Shown in pieces: positions 15,612-24,885 of a stretch of 32,000 nucleotides of DNA. Under the pieces are notes generated by a model. That model was not told the origin of the DNA and made no database searches. It worked only from the letters and a program-made list of their open reading frames with translations. Source of the stretch: Vibrio vulnificus CMCP6 (GTDB taxonomy: Bacteria; Pseudomonadota; Gammaproteobacteria; Enterobacterales; Vibrionaceae); the NCBI RefSeq assembly GCF_000039765.1, contig NC_004459.3, positions 2,631,127 through 2,663,126 of the forward strand, read 5' to 3'. The position numbers and the translations under genes are program-made. Every line of letters begins with the position of its first letter. The first letter of the stretch is position 1.

Positions 15612-16274
15612 ATGAGAAAGATTGGCCTCACCTTACTCTGTACTGCCTTATCCTCTTTCGTGGTGACACCCGTCGCTGCGCAAGAATACATGTTTACCTA
15701 CTCAAAGCTCTTCTCTCAATTAAAAAACAATACCAAAGAGGGGCATGAAGACGTTAAGGTCGGCATTTTTTTCGTTAATCCTCAAACCAAACAGCTTTGT
15801 GATATTGAAAAAGCGTGGATGGAAAAGGAGGAGCATTACGAAGAATTTATGATTCCCGCATCAAAAGAGTTACCGCTGCCAATAGACAACAACCTCAAGT
15901 CAGCAAATCCACTGGTTTTTGTTCAGACACCGCAAGATATGCGCTGTGACTACTCGCTCGTTGTAATGACCAAGCAGCCATTACAAGGAAAAGTGACGTA
16001 TGCGCAGCTAGAGCCACTCATGCCACAGATGAAAACCATGTTGGATGATTTAGGCGGCATGTTTTCTAGCTGGTTTACGCCTGATGTAGAAGGGGTGACA
16101 ATGGAGTTCGCCGATCAATTAAACGACATGATTACCTTCTCCAATGGGCAGAAAAAAGCGATCATCAACGGTAAGGTACAAGTGGCACTTAGTGAGATAG
16201 GCGAAGCGGGCTATATGGTGTTACCACAGCCCACTATGCGCGTTTTGCCTTACTTACCTGCGGCAAAGAAATAA
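15612..16274 (+). CDS. Secreted protein of unknown function (220 aa)
   Basis: Signal peptide MRKIGLTLLCTALSSFVVTPVAAQ. No motif recognised. Confidence 0.55.
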   Translation: MRKIGLTLLCTALSSFVVTPVAAQEYMFTYSKLFSQLKNNTKEGHEDVKVGIFFVNPQTKQLCDIEKAWMEKEEHYEEFMIPASKELPLPIDNNLKSANPLVFVQTPQDMRCDYSLVVMTKQPLQGKVTYAQLEPLMPQMKTMLDDLGGMFSSWFTPDVEGVTMEFADQLNDMITFSNGQKKAIINGKVQVALSEIGEAGYMVLPQPTMRVLPYLPAAKK

Positions 16275-16295
16275 TGAGTTGAACACTCAAGTGAT

Positions 16296-16335
16296 AAAAT
16301 AAAGGCTACCAACATGGTAGCCTTTATTGTGTTTG
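16296..16335. terminator. Bidirectional terminator between the 15612 gene and ttcA
   Basis: AAAGGCTACCA (16301-16311), loop ACA, TGGTAGCCTTT (16315-16325). T-rich runs follow on both strands. Confidence 0.8.
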
Positions 16336-16343
16336 TAAGCTGA

Positions 16344-17276
16344 TTAAATATTGGTCACATCTAGCTTTAAGCTTGGATCAAACTCTTGCACCATATCTTC
16401 ATCCTCGACGGTTGCAACAGGCATTTCTTCTTTGTCGAAACCGATATCACCACCGTTAATCACGCCTGAATCTTTGTTGATCGATTTAAAATCAAACAAC
16501 TCAAAATCCGCTAAATGGCTTGGCACCACATTCTGCATTGCACGGAACATTGTCTCAATACGACCTGGGAAACGCTTATCCCAGTCATTCAGCATCTGTT
16601 TGATATTTTGACGCTGCAAGTTTGGCTGAGAGCCACATAGGTTACATGGAATGATAGGGTAGCCAGCCATATCTGAATATTTGATGATGTCTTTCTCACG
16701 GCAGTATGCCAGTGGACGAATCACAACGTGTTCGCCATTATCTGAAACCAACTTAGGTGGCATGCCTTTCATTTTTCCACCGTAGAACATGTTTAGAAAT
16801 AAGGTTTCCAAAATGTCGTCGCGATGATGGCCTAGCGCAATTTTTGTTGCACCGAGTTCTTTGGCTGTGCGGTACAAAATACCACGACGTAGTCGAGAGC
16901 AAAGTGAACAGGTCGTTTTACCTTCAGGGATCTTATCTTGAACAATCGAGTAAGTATCTTCTTCTACGATCTTATATTCCACACCTAAGCTTTCTAGGTA
17001 TTCAGGCAGTACATGCGCTGGAAAGCCCGGCTGCTTTTGGTCTAGGTTAACAGCGACAAGAGAAAAGGAGATTGGGGCACTTTTTTGTAAGCTAATCAGG
17101 ATGTCCAACATGGTAAAGCTGTCTTTACCACCAGACAAACACACCATAATACGGTCACCGTCTTCGATCATGTTGAAGTCAGCAATCGCTTGGCCTGTAT
17201 TACGACGAATACGCTTTTGTAACTTGTTGAAGTTATATTGTTGAGCTTTAGTGCGCTCTTGAATTTGCTCTGTCAT
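16344..17276 (-). CDS. ttcA: tRNA 2-thiocytidine(32) synthetase TtcA
   Basis: PP-loop SGGKDS. CxxC pairs (CSLCSRL, CNLCGSQ). Length and sequence are typical of TtcA. Confidence 0.9.
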   Translation of the reverse strand: MTEQIQERTKAQQYNFNKLQKRIRRNTGQAIADFNMIEDGDRIMVCLSGGKDSFTMLDILISLQKSAPISFSLVAVNLDQKQPGFPAHVLPEYLESLGVEYKIVEEDTYSIVQDKIPEGKTTCSLCSRLRRGILYRTAKELGATKIALGHHRDDILETLFLNMFYGGKMKGMPPKLVSDNGEHVVIRPLAYCREKDIIKYSDMAGYPIIPCNLCGSQPNLQRQNIKQMLNDWDKRFPGRIETMFRAMQNVVPSHLADFELFDFKSINKDSGVINGGDIGFDKEEMPVATVEDEDMVQEFDPSLKLDVTNI

Positions 17277-17354
17277 CGGCTGTTAGTCTTAAAACACATC
17301 AAAATAAATGAAGTGCGTATGATACGGATAAATTTCCAAGATGCCAGTACCGGA

Positions 17355-17383
17355 CAAAAAAATCCCGGGCTAATTACCCGGGA
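17355..17383 (-). terminator. Rho-independent terminator of uspE
   Basis: On the minus strand: TCCCGGG-taattag-CCCGGGA, followed by a T8 run. Confidence 0.8.
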
Positions 17384-17390
17384 GTTTGAG

Positions 17391-18338
17391 TTATGAAGCC
17401 GTCGTTGGATCTAATGGACTCACGTAGCCTTTTGGTTTCAGCGCTAAAACGTCACAGTTGATTTTATCGATCACATGCTCGGCGGTGTTACCGATGAAGA
17501 CGGCAGAAAGGCCAGTACGCCCCGTGGTTCCAAGAATCACCATTGCTGCATTCAGCTTTTCGGCGGCAGAAGGAATGACATCCTCTGGTAAGCCTTGTTC
17601 TACAATAGTGTGTTCTTCATCAATACCATGCTGCTGTCTCAGTGCTTTCATGGCTGTTAGATGATGCCCACGAACAGCATCTGTATAGGTTGTCGGATCA
17701 AACTCTGGTAGCTCAATAGTAATATTGGCTGGCGTCACTGGGTACGCATTGACAAGGTACGCTTCCGCATCCAAACGGTTCGTGATCTCTTTTAGTCTTT
17801 CAACCATACTATTGTTCAATTCAAGGTGAGTTTCGTTTTCAGAACCAACGTGGACTGAAGCAAGAATATTGGCATGCTCAGGCCAATCCGCATTTTTGAT
17901 CAGCAACACAGGGATAGGGCACTTGCGTAATAAATGCCAATCAGTAGGTGTAAAGATAACCGACTCAAGAACGTCGTGTTTACGAGTTCCTTTAATCAAA
18001 ATGTCGTGGCCGCTGGCAAAGACCTCAGCAATGATTGCTTCATACGGACGATTATGCCAAATCACTTTAATTTCGAATTCTACGGAGTCATCGAGATAGG
18101 GCTCTGCAATTTTCTTCAACCACTGCTCACGTTGGTAAATCACACCCCGTCTCATCGCGTCACGCTCATCAATGGATAACATTGATGTCATGTCGTACGA
18201 GAAATCATAAATCGATAGAAAGAAGGTTATGTGACTTTTTGAAACGCTCTTCCTAGCAAGTTGAACTGCTCTTGCTAACGCAGGTTGCTCATCTTTATTG
18301 ATGTCTGCAACAACGAGGATTTTACTGTAAATACTCAT
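17391..18338 (-). CDS. uspE: Universal stress protein E (tandem Usp domains)
   Basis: 315 aa with two Usp-like halves (ILVVAD..., VILGTTGRTGLSAVFIGNTAEHVI). Position next to fnr fits. Confidence 0.85.
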   Translation of the reverse strand: MSIYSKILVVADINKDEQPALARAVQLARKSVSKSHITFFLSIYDFSYDMTSMLSIDERDAMRRGVIYQREQWLKKIAEPYLDDSVEFEIKVIWHNRPYEAIIAEVFASGHDILIKGTRKHDVLESVIFTPTDWHLLRKCPIPVLLIKNADWPEHANILASVHVGSENETHLELNNSMVERLKEITNRLDAEAYLVNAYPVTPANITIELPEFDPTTYTDAVRGHHLTAMKALRQQHGIDEEHTIVEQGLPEDVIPSAAEKLNAAMVILGTTGRTGLSAVFIGNTAEHVIDKINCDVLALKPKGYVSPLDPTTAS

Positions 18339-18420
18339 ATCTCAGCCCACTTATGTTGTAGAACCATATGAATACTTTAGCGTAGAAAAGAGAGAAATAT
18401 TAGGACATTAGGAAGATAAT

Positions 18421-18458
18421 GAAGAAAAACATGACGTAGCTCAGGGTTGAGCTACGTC
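18421..18458 (-). terminator. Rho-independent terminator of fnr
   Basis: 11-bp stem GACGTAGCTCA/TGAGCTACGTC (18433-18458), followed on the minus strand by ATGTTTTTCTTC. Confidence 0.8.
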
Positions 18459-18469
18459 GCAGTAGAGAT

Positions 18470-19216
18470 TTACTCTTTTGATACGCCAGCAAGTTCCATC
18501 AGTGCATCGTGGTCAAGAATCGTAATGTACTTACCTTTTACACTAAGAATCTCTGACTTCTGGAAACGGCCAAGAAGGCGGCTGATCGTTTCGACAGTAA
18601 GACCTAGGTAATTACCAATATCACCACGAGTCATGGTCAAACGAAACTCACGCGGACTAAAGCCACGTTGCGAGAAACGGGTAGATAGATTGTACAAAAA
18701 TGCGGCTAAACGCTCTTCTGCATTCTTCTTCGAAAGTAACAAAATCATTTCTTGGTCACCTTTGATTTCATTACTCATCAGGCGCATGATTTGTTGACGA
18801 AGCTTAGGCATCTTTCCTGAAAGGTCATCAAGAATTTCGTAAGGAATCTCACAAACCATTGAAGTTTCTAGTGCCTGAGCAAAACTAGGGTGGCTATCAC
18901 CTGTAATTGCATCAAAACCAACTAAATCTCCAGCCAAGTGGAAAGCCGTAATCTGCTCATCACCCTGCTCGGTAATTGTGTAGCTTTTAATCGTACCAGA
19001 ACGAATTGCGTAAAGAGATTTTAGATCATCACCGGCTTTGAATAACTCTTGGCCTTTTTGGATCGGCTTTTTACGTTCGATAATTTGATCGAGTTGATCC
19101 AATTCAGCTTCGTTTAATGTAAACGGAATACACAGTTGGCTGATACTACAATCTTGACAATGAATCGCACAACCACCTGATTGGATGCGCTTTGTCGCAG
19201 GTTTTTCAGAAATCAT
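18470..19216 (-). CDS. fnr: Oxygen-sensing transcription factor FNR (CRP/FNR family)
   Basis: N-terminal Cys cluster ([16 protein letters not shown]) plus Cys122. C-terminal HTH with the E--SR recognition motif (TVETISRLL). Confidence 0.95.
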   Translation of the reverse strand: MISEKPATKRIQSGGCAIHCQDCSISQLCIPFTLNEAELDQLDQIIERKKPIQKGQELFKAGDDLKSLYAIRSGTIKSYTITEQGDEQITAFHLAGDLVGFDAITGDSHPSFAQALETSMVCEIPYEILDDLSGKMPKLRQQIMRLMSNEIKGDQEMILLLSKKNAEERLAAFLYNLSTRFSQRGFSPREFRLTMTRGDIGNYLGLTVETISRLLGRFQKSEILSVKGKYITILDHDALMELAGVSKE

Positions 19217-19232
19217 AACAACCTTTCACTAT

Positions 19233-19246
19233 TTGATATACGTCAA
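19233..19246 (-). promoter_or_regulatory. FNR box in the fnr leader/promoter (probable autoregulation)
   Basis: TTGATATACGTCAA matches TTGAT-N4-ATCAA at 9/10 positions. It lies 17-30 nt upstream of the fnr ATG. Confidence 0.6.
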
Positions 19247-19302
19247 TATTTTAGCACTGGTTAATACTAAAGGATAGTAAAAAAAAGTGCGTCATCTTCA
19301 GG

Positions 19303-19980
19303 TTAGTTGATCAAGTGTAACAATTTTAGTGCGTCGTAAGCGGTGTAAAGACCATAGATCATGAGCATTAACGCAGTGATATGTCGAAATGTTAACGATG
19401 ACTGAAGCTTTGCAATAAATCGCGCACCGACGCCAACAAGTAACATAGCTGGCAGAGTTCCAAATCCAAAAGCCAGCATGATAATCGCACCATTGTAATA
19501 ACTACCAGATACCGCCGACCACGTCAGTGCAGAATAGACTAAACCACATGGTAACCATCCCCAAACAAAGCCATAAGGGAATGCTTGTAAGGGATGTTGA
19601 ATAGGTAGGAGGCGAGCGGTTATTGGTTTGATCCATCCCCATATAGATTGCCCAGCTTTTTCGACGAACAAGAGTGCATTCCATATCTTGGAGATATACA
19701 GAGCAACGAGAATCATGAAAAATGCCGCAATCAACCTTAGCCAAGCTAAAGACTGATTTAAGCCACTGAGCTCAGCTAATGATGAGACAGCTCCACCAAT
19801 CAATGCACCAAATAATGCATAGCTAGTGAGGCGTCCAAGATTATAAAGAAGGGTGTTGCGAATAGGAGAGGCTTGTTGCTGTCCTAGATTAAGTAAAGAA
19901 GCGATACCGCCGCACATTCCAATGCAATGACCGGCCCCGGCAAGGCCGATCATAAAGGCTCCAATAACATCTGGTGCCAT
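19303..19980 (-). CDS. DsbD_2 / TauE-like polytopic membrane protein with TM Cys motifs, coupled to ccoS
   Basis: The ATG at 19980 overlaps the ccoS TGA (TGATG); the track shows a TTG one codon earlier. Motifs GAGHCIGMCGG and WGWLPCG sit within hydrophobic helices. Confidence 0.7.
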   Translation of the reverse strand: MAPDVIGAFMIGLAGAGHCIGMCGGIASLLNLGQQQASPIRNTLLYNLGRLTSYALFGALIGGAVSSLAELSGLNQSLAWLRLIAAFFMILVALYISKIWNALLFVEKAGQSIWGWIKPITARLLPIQHPLQAFPYGFVWGWLPCGLVYSALTWSAVSGSYYNGAIIMLAFGFGTLPAMLLVGVGARFIAKLQSSLTFRHITALMLMIYGLYTAYDALKLLHLIN

Positions 19981-20150
19981 CAAGATTTCTCTTTTTCCGT
20001 CGGCTTGACATGCTCTTCATCGAACAAAATGTTACTGCCTTGCCTTTCGAGATCTTCAAACTGCTCGCTTTTTACCGCCCAAAGAAATATCGCTACAGCA
20101 ACACAAACCAACACAATTGCAATTGGGATAAGAAGATACAAACTTTCCAT
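19980..20150 (-). CDS. ccoS: cbb3 oxidase maturation protein CcoS/FixS (56 aa); not in the ORF track
   Basis: Hand translation: MESLYLLIPIAIVLVCVAVAIFLWAVKSEQFEDLERQGSNILFDEEHVKPTEKEKS. Single TM helix, FixS-like WA.KSGQ[FY]DD-type motif. The ATG lies 3 nt after the ccoI stop. Confidence 0.85.
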   Translation of the reverse strand: MESLYLLIPIAIVLVCVAVAIFLWAVKSEQFEDLERQGSNILFDEEHVKPTEKEKS

Positions 20151-20153
20151 TGT

Positions 20154-22523
20154 TTACTTTCCACGCTCTTTGAGCAGTCTTAAGGAGTTAGAGACCACTA
20201 TTATAGAGCTACCAGACATTCCTACAACCGCAATATAAGGCGCAACCAAACCAGCGACAGCCAAAGGTAGAATCAATAGGTTATAACCCAATGACCAAGC
20301 GAGATTTTCCTTTATGATTCGTCGAGCTCTTAACGCCAACTCTCGAGCCTCTAGGAGCTTATCTAAACGATCCCCAAGCAGCGTCATATCAGCAGACGCC
20401 TTAGCGACATCAGTACCACTGCCCATTGCTACAGATAAATGCGCACCAGCTAGTGTTGGAGCATCGTTGATGCCGTCACCAACCATCATCGTGATATCGT
20501 TCTCTTCCAATCCTTTGAGATACGCTAGTTTATCCTCCGGTTTCGCTGACGCGATAACGTGCTCAATTCCAACGGCCTTTGCGACACCCTCAGCATTGGC
20601 AGCCGAGTCTCCCGTTAACAAAGTGGTTTTGATACCTGCTTGGGCAAACTTTTCAATGAGCTTGTGGCTCTCTTTCCGAACTGGATCATGGTAATAGAAT
20701 GTTGCCACATGCTTACCATCAATGGACATATAAACCGCATTTTTTTCTAATGCGGCTCTACCTAGAACGAACGCCGCGCTGCCAATGTTTATCGCCTTAT
20801 TATCCCAAGTTCCGGAAATGCCGGAGCCAATGATGTTGACCACATCACTAACCTGGAAATCTGTATCAAAATAAGGTTTGAAAGCACGGGCAATAGGGTG
20901 ATTGGCATGGCTTTCTAAGCTAGCTGCTAACGCAAGACACGTTCCTTTATTGAACTCATCGAAGGTTTTTGTATCTTCGATTTCAATGTCGCCTTTGGTC
21001 AGCGTGCCTGTTTTATCGATCACTAAATGGTTAACTTTACACAAGGTTTCAAATACATGTCCTTTTCGCAATAGGATACCAAAGTTACCCATTCGAGACG
21101 TGGCGCACGTTAGTGCCGTTGGTGTTGCAAGAGAAAGCGCGCATGGGCAAGTCGCCACAAGAACAGACAGCATAATCCAAAATGCGTCCTCAGGTTTTGT
21201 TTGGTGCCAATAGAACCAAGTGGCTGCGGAAATAAGCAAAATAGCACCAACAAAATAACGCGCCACTACGTCTGCCACTTCGGCAATTTTGGGCTTAGAG
21301 TGCTGCGCTTCATCTTGAAGCCGAACGATATTAGAAATCACCGAATCCGCTTTCGAGCTCGTTACCTGCAAAACAAACGACTCATCGCCATTGAGGGTAC
21401 CAGCAAAAACAGCGTCATCAGCGCGCTTGACGACATGCACTGATTCTCCAGTTAGCATTGATTCGTCAATATGGATTCGTCCTTCAACGACAAAACCATC
21501 GGCGGGTATATGCTCACCGGGTAAAACTCGGACTTGATCACCAATTTTTAAGCTCTTTACCGGCACTTGCTTGCCATCCAACGTTGTGGCGATAGCAGGA
21601 ATCAGTTTAAGCAAATTACCACTTGCAGCCGCCGCTTTTCGACGAGCTCGCATTTCTAAAAAGCGCCCAACTAACAAGAAAAAAGTGAACATTGAGATGG
21701 ACTCAAAAAACACTTCCCCTTGTTCTGTGACGGTTGCCACTAAGCTCGCACAATATGCAAAAATCAAGGCAATGGATACAGGCACATCCATCCCCAAGGT
21801 TCTTCCTTTAATACTGCGCCAAGCATTTAGGTAAAATGGTAGGGCAGAGTAAAGCAACACTGGTGTTGCAAAAATCAAACTCACCCAACGAAAGTAATTC
21901 TTAAACTCTGGTTCAAGATCGCCAAAAACTTCCAAATACAATGCAACGGCCAGCATCATCACTTGCATTGTCGCCAGTCCCGCTATGCCGAGTCGATAAA
22001 GATACTGCTTCATCGTCGCATGATATGAGGCCTCTTGTTTATCCGCTTCAAAAGGGGCGGCTTTGTAGCCTAGAGCATGAATGCCGGAAAGAAGCTCACT
22101 CAGTTTTGTTTTGGATTTATCCCAAGAGAGCAGTGCTCGATTCGTGGTGGTATTTACCTTAATTGACACCACACCCGTTTGACCATTCACTTGTTTTTCA
22201 ATTAACCACGCGCACGCCGCACAAGAAACGCCTTCTAAAGAAAGCATCACTTCACAATAATTGTCGTTGCTGCGCACAAACTCGGCTTGAACTTCCTCGT
22301 TGTCGTAATGAATGAGGGCCTTGAGTTGCTCAGGCACCAACTCCACTTTTTCTGCTGGCGCGGTTCGATATTGGTAATAAGAAACGAGGCCATTATCCAC
22401 GATTGTTTGCGCCACGGTCTCACAACCTGGGCAACACATTTCGCGAGTTTCACCTAAGATTTCAACTTTAAAATCCGTGTTGACCGGTACATCTTCACCA
22501 CAGTGATAACAGGATTGTGTCAT
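20154..22523 (-). CDS. ccoI: Copper-translocating P1B-type ATPase CcoI/FixI
   Basis: N-terminal CYHCGE...CCPGC metal-binding region, an HMA-like domain (CAACA), the CPC motif in a TM helix (ATCPCAL), DKTGTLT phosphorylation site, and GDGINDAP hinge. Confidence 0.9.
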   Translation of the reverse strand: MTQSCYHCGEDVPVNTDFKVEILGETREMCCPGCETVAQTIVDNGLVSYYQYRTAPAEKVELVPEQLKALIHYDNEEVQAEFVRSNDNYCEVMLSLEGVSCAACAWLIEKQVNGQTGVVSIKVNTTTNRALLSWDKSKTKLSELLSGIHALGYKAAPFEADKQEASYHATMKQYLYRLGIAGLATMQVMMLAVALYLEVFGDLEPEFKNYFRWVSLIFATPVLLYSALPFYLNAWRSIKGRTLGMDVPVSIALIFAYCASLVATVTEQGEVFFESISMFTFFLLVGRFLEMRARRKAAAASGNLLKLIPAIATTLDGKQVPVKSLKIGDQVRVLPGEHIPADGFVVEGRIHIDESMLTGESVHVVKRADDAVFAGTLNGDESFVLQVTSSKADSVISNIVRLQDEAQHSKPKIAEVADVVARYFVGAILLISAATWFYWHQTKPEDAFWIMLSVLVATCPCALSLATPTALTCATSRMGNFGILLRKGHVFETLCKVNHLVIDKTGTLTKGDIEIEDTKTFDEFNKGTCLALAASLESHANHPIARAFKPYFDTDFQVSDVVNIIGSGISGTWDNKAINIGSAAFVLGRAALEKNAVYMSIDGKHVATFYYHDPVRKESHKLIEKFAQAGIKTTLLTGDSAANAEGVAKAVGIEHVIASAKPEDKLAYLKGLEENDITMMVGDGINDAPTLAGAHLSVAMGSGTDVAKASADMTLLGDRLDKLLEARELALRARRIIKENLAWSLGYNLLILPLAVAGLVAPYIAVVGMSGSSIIVVSNSLRLLKERGK

Positions 22524-22527
22524 AGTC

Positions 22528-23004
22528 TTAGTTCATCAAAACAGTTGCGGAAGAAGGGAAAGTAACGCGACCTTGAACTAACCACTTTTGGTCATGTGGT
22601 TGAAGCTCAATAAACCAAGGCCCTTCCATTTTGTGATCCAGCGATAAGCGATAGACACCTTTGGCATCCGCCGTGAGCAATTGTGTGAAATCTCGGTCGG
22701 GTAGAGTGCGATGTGTAAATGTTGCGGTCAACGCAGGAAAATGAGGAAGATCACCTTTGCTGAATTCGATAACAATGACATTGTTATCTGAAGAAACGGT
22801 GGCATTCAACCCCAGTTCTTTCGCGACATTCAGTTTACTAATGTCTATATTGATCCCTTTACCTTTTTTATAGTAATCCTCCGCGACAAGAGAGACTGAG
22901 TTTTGTGAAAAAATTACCACTGTCACGATCGTCCACACTACCACTGTCAGTGGCAAAATGATCAGAAACCACGGCCAAAACTGTTTATACCAAGGCTTTA
23001 CCAT
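22528..23004 (-). CDS. ccoH: CcoH/FixH cbb3 assembly protein
   Basis: N-terminal PWYKQFWPWFLI... TM helix followed by a periplasmic domain. Position between ccoP and ccoI fits. Confidence 0.8.
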   Translation of the reverse strand: MVKPWYKQFWPWFLIILPLTVVVWTIVTVVIFSQNSVSLVAEDYYKKGKGINIDISKLNVAKELGLNATVSSDNNVIVIEFSKGDLPHFPALTATFTHRTLPDRDFTQLLTADAKGVYRLSLDHKMEGPWFIELQPHDQKWLVQGRVTFPSSATVLMN

Positions 23005-23043
23005 AAAAAAGTTCTCAACAACTAAATGAAAGATAAGGGCTTT

Positions 23044-23080
23044 AATTTAAAGGAAAGACAGCCCCTTAAAAAGGGGCTGT
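23044..23080 (-). terminator. Hairpin/partial terminator between ccoP and ccoH
   Basis: ACAGCCCCTT-ttt-AAGGGGCTGT (23058-23080), followed on the minus strand by CTTTCCTTTAAATT. Confidence 0.5.
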
Positions 23081-23090
23081 TATTGAAATG

Positions 23091-24068
23091 TTACTTATTA
23101 TTTTCGCCGTTGCTTAGGCTCCAAACATACGCTGAAACAAGCTGAACTTTGTCCTCGCCTAGAATGTCTTTCCAGGCTGGCATGACACCAGAACGTCCGT
23201 TCATAACGGTTTCAGTAATGTCTGCGCGAGAATCACCAAACAACCAATCTTTGTCTGTTAGATCAGGCGCACCTACTGCTGGGTTACCTTTACCATCAGT
23301 ACCGTGACACGCTGCACAGACAACGAAACGAGCTTTACCTGCTTCGGCTTCTCGCGCATTCACTTTACGACCAGACAAACTCAAAACGTAGCTCACAACT
23401 TCTTCTACGCCTTGCTCACCAAGTGCATCTTTCCACGCTGGCATTTGGCCAATACGACCATGCATGATTGTTGTTACGATAGCTTGAGGTTCACCACCGT
23501 ACAACCAAGCATTGTCTGTAAGGTTAGGGAAACCTTTCTGACCGCGCGCATCGGAACCATGACACTGAGAACAGTTTTGTAGGAATAGGCGTTGGCCTAC
23601 CTTTAACGCCTCATCATCACCTGCAATAGCTGGGATAGGGCGTAAGCCGTTGTCATCAAACGCCAAGCGACGGAATGCTTCACCAAAGTATGCATCAGCA
23701 TCATCCAACTCTTTTGCGTATTGGTTCAGTTGTTTGTTTGATTGAGCGTTGGCGATGGCTTGCTTAGACTCTTCAACCGTTCGAACTGTCTGAGCAGAAC
23801 TTTGCCAACCCAAAACACCTTTAAAATTACCCAAGCCTGGGAACAGGGTTAGGTAAACCGCTGCAAAAATAAATGTACCTACGAACAAGTAAGTCCACCA
23901 TTTTGGCAGTGGGTTATTTAGCTCGCGAATACCGTCGTACTCGTGGCCCATATCTGCACCTTCTTCCACGCCCATTTTATCTTTAGCGCACCAGTAAAGA
24001 AGTACAGCACAGCCAACAAGCGTACCGACAGTAATCACGATAATCCAGAGACTCCAGAATGTAGTCAT
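23091..24068 (-). CDS. ccoP: cbb3 oxidase dihaem cytochrome c subunit CcoP
   Basis: N-terminal TM helix. Two CxxCH motifs (CSQCHG, CAACHG). Confidence 0.95.
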   Translation of the reverse strand: MTTFWSLWIIVITVGTLVGCAVLLYWCAKDKMGVEEGADMGHEYDGIRELNNPLPKWWTYLFVGTFIFAAVYLTLFPGLGNFKGVLGWQSSAQTVRTVEESKQAIANAQSNKQLNQYAKELDDADAYFGEAFRRLAFDDNGLRPIPAIAGDDEALKVGQRLFLQNCSQCHGSDARGQKGFPNLTDNAWLYGGEPQAIVTTIMHGRIGQMPAWKDALGEQGVEEVVSYVLSLSGRKVNAREAEAGKARFVVCAACHGTDGKGNPAVGAPDLTDKDWLFGDSRADITETVMNGRSGVMPAWKDILGEDKVQLVSAYVWSLSNGENNK

Positions 24069-24241
24069 TACTTCGTCACTCCTTGTTTAGTTGGGCTAGA
24101 TTTCTCTTCATCAGCAAAAACAAGGTTGGCGGCCTCATCAAAACTCGCTTTACGCTTTTTGCTGTATGCCCAAGCAACAATGCCAATAAAACTAACGAAA
24201 AGTACAACGGTATAAATACTGTGAATTGTACCGAAATCCAT
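24068..24241 (-). CDS. ccoQ: cbb3 oxidase small subunit CcoQ (57 aa); not in the ORF track
   Basis: Hand translation: MDFGTIHSIYTVVLFVSFIGIVAWAYSKKRKASFDEAANLVFADEEKSSPTKQGVTK. Single TM helix. TAATG overlap with ccoP. Confidence 0.85.
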   Translation of the reverse strand: MDFGTIHSIYTVVLFVSFIGIVAWAYSKKRKASFDEAANLVFADEEKSSPTKQGVTK

Positions 24242-24252
24242 GATATGCCCCC

Positions 24253-24873
24253 TTATTTCATCGCATGACCAAGAGACTGAAGGTAAGCGATGATGGCATC
24301 CATCTCCGTTTTTCCTTCAACATCTTTGGATGCGTTTGCAATCTGCTCATCAGTGTATGGAACACCAAACTGATTACGGAACACTTCCAATTTTTTCTGG
24401 GTCAATTTGCCATCTAGTACGTTCTCAGCTAGCCATGGGAAACCAGGCATGTTTGATTCAGGTACTAGCTCACGAGGGTCTAACAAGTGAACGCGATGCC
24501 ACTCATCTGAGTAACGACCACCAACACGTGCCAAATCAGGGCCTGTACGCTTAGAACCCCAAAGGAAAGGGTGCTCCCAAACGCTTTCACCAGCGACTGA
24601 GTAATGACCGTATCGTTCTGTTTCTGAACGGAAAGGACGAATCATTTGACTATGGCAAACGTTACAGCCTTCACGGATGTAAATATCGCGACCTTCCATC
24701 TCTAGAGCAGAATAAGCACGTAGATTTTCTACAGGCTCAGTTGTTTGTTTTTGGAAAATCAACGGTGTGATCTCAACAAGAGCACCCCAACTGATTGCAA
24801 AAACGATAAAGATAGCCAACAAACCGACATTACGTTCAATGATCTCGTGGCGATTATTAGAATTAGAACTCAT
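24253..24873 (-). CDS. ccoO: cbb3 oxidase monohaem cytochrome c subunit CcoO
   Basis: TM anchor, [12 protein letters not shown] haem motif, typical length. Confidence 0.95.
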   Translation of the reverse strand: MSSNSNNRHEIIERNVGLLAIFIVFAISWGALVEITPLIFQKQTTEPVENLRAYSALEMEGRDIYIREGCNVCHSQMIRPFRSETERYGHYSVAGESVWEHPFLWGSKRTGPDLARVGGRYSDEWHRVHLLDPRELVPESNMPGFPWLAENVLDGKLTQKKLEVFRNQFGVPYTDEQIANASKDVEGKTEMDAIIAYLQSLGHAMK

Positions 24874-24885
24874 TCTTCAATCTCC

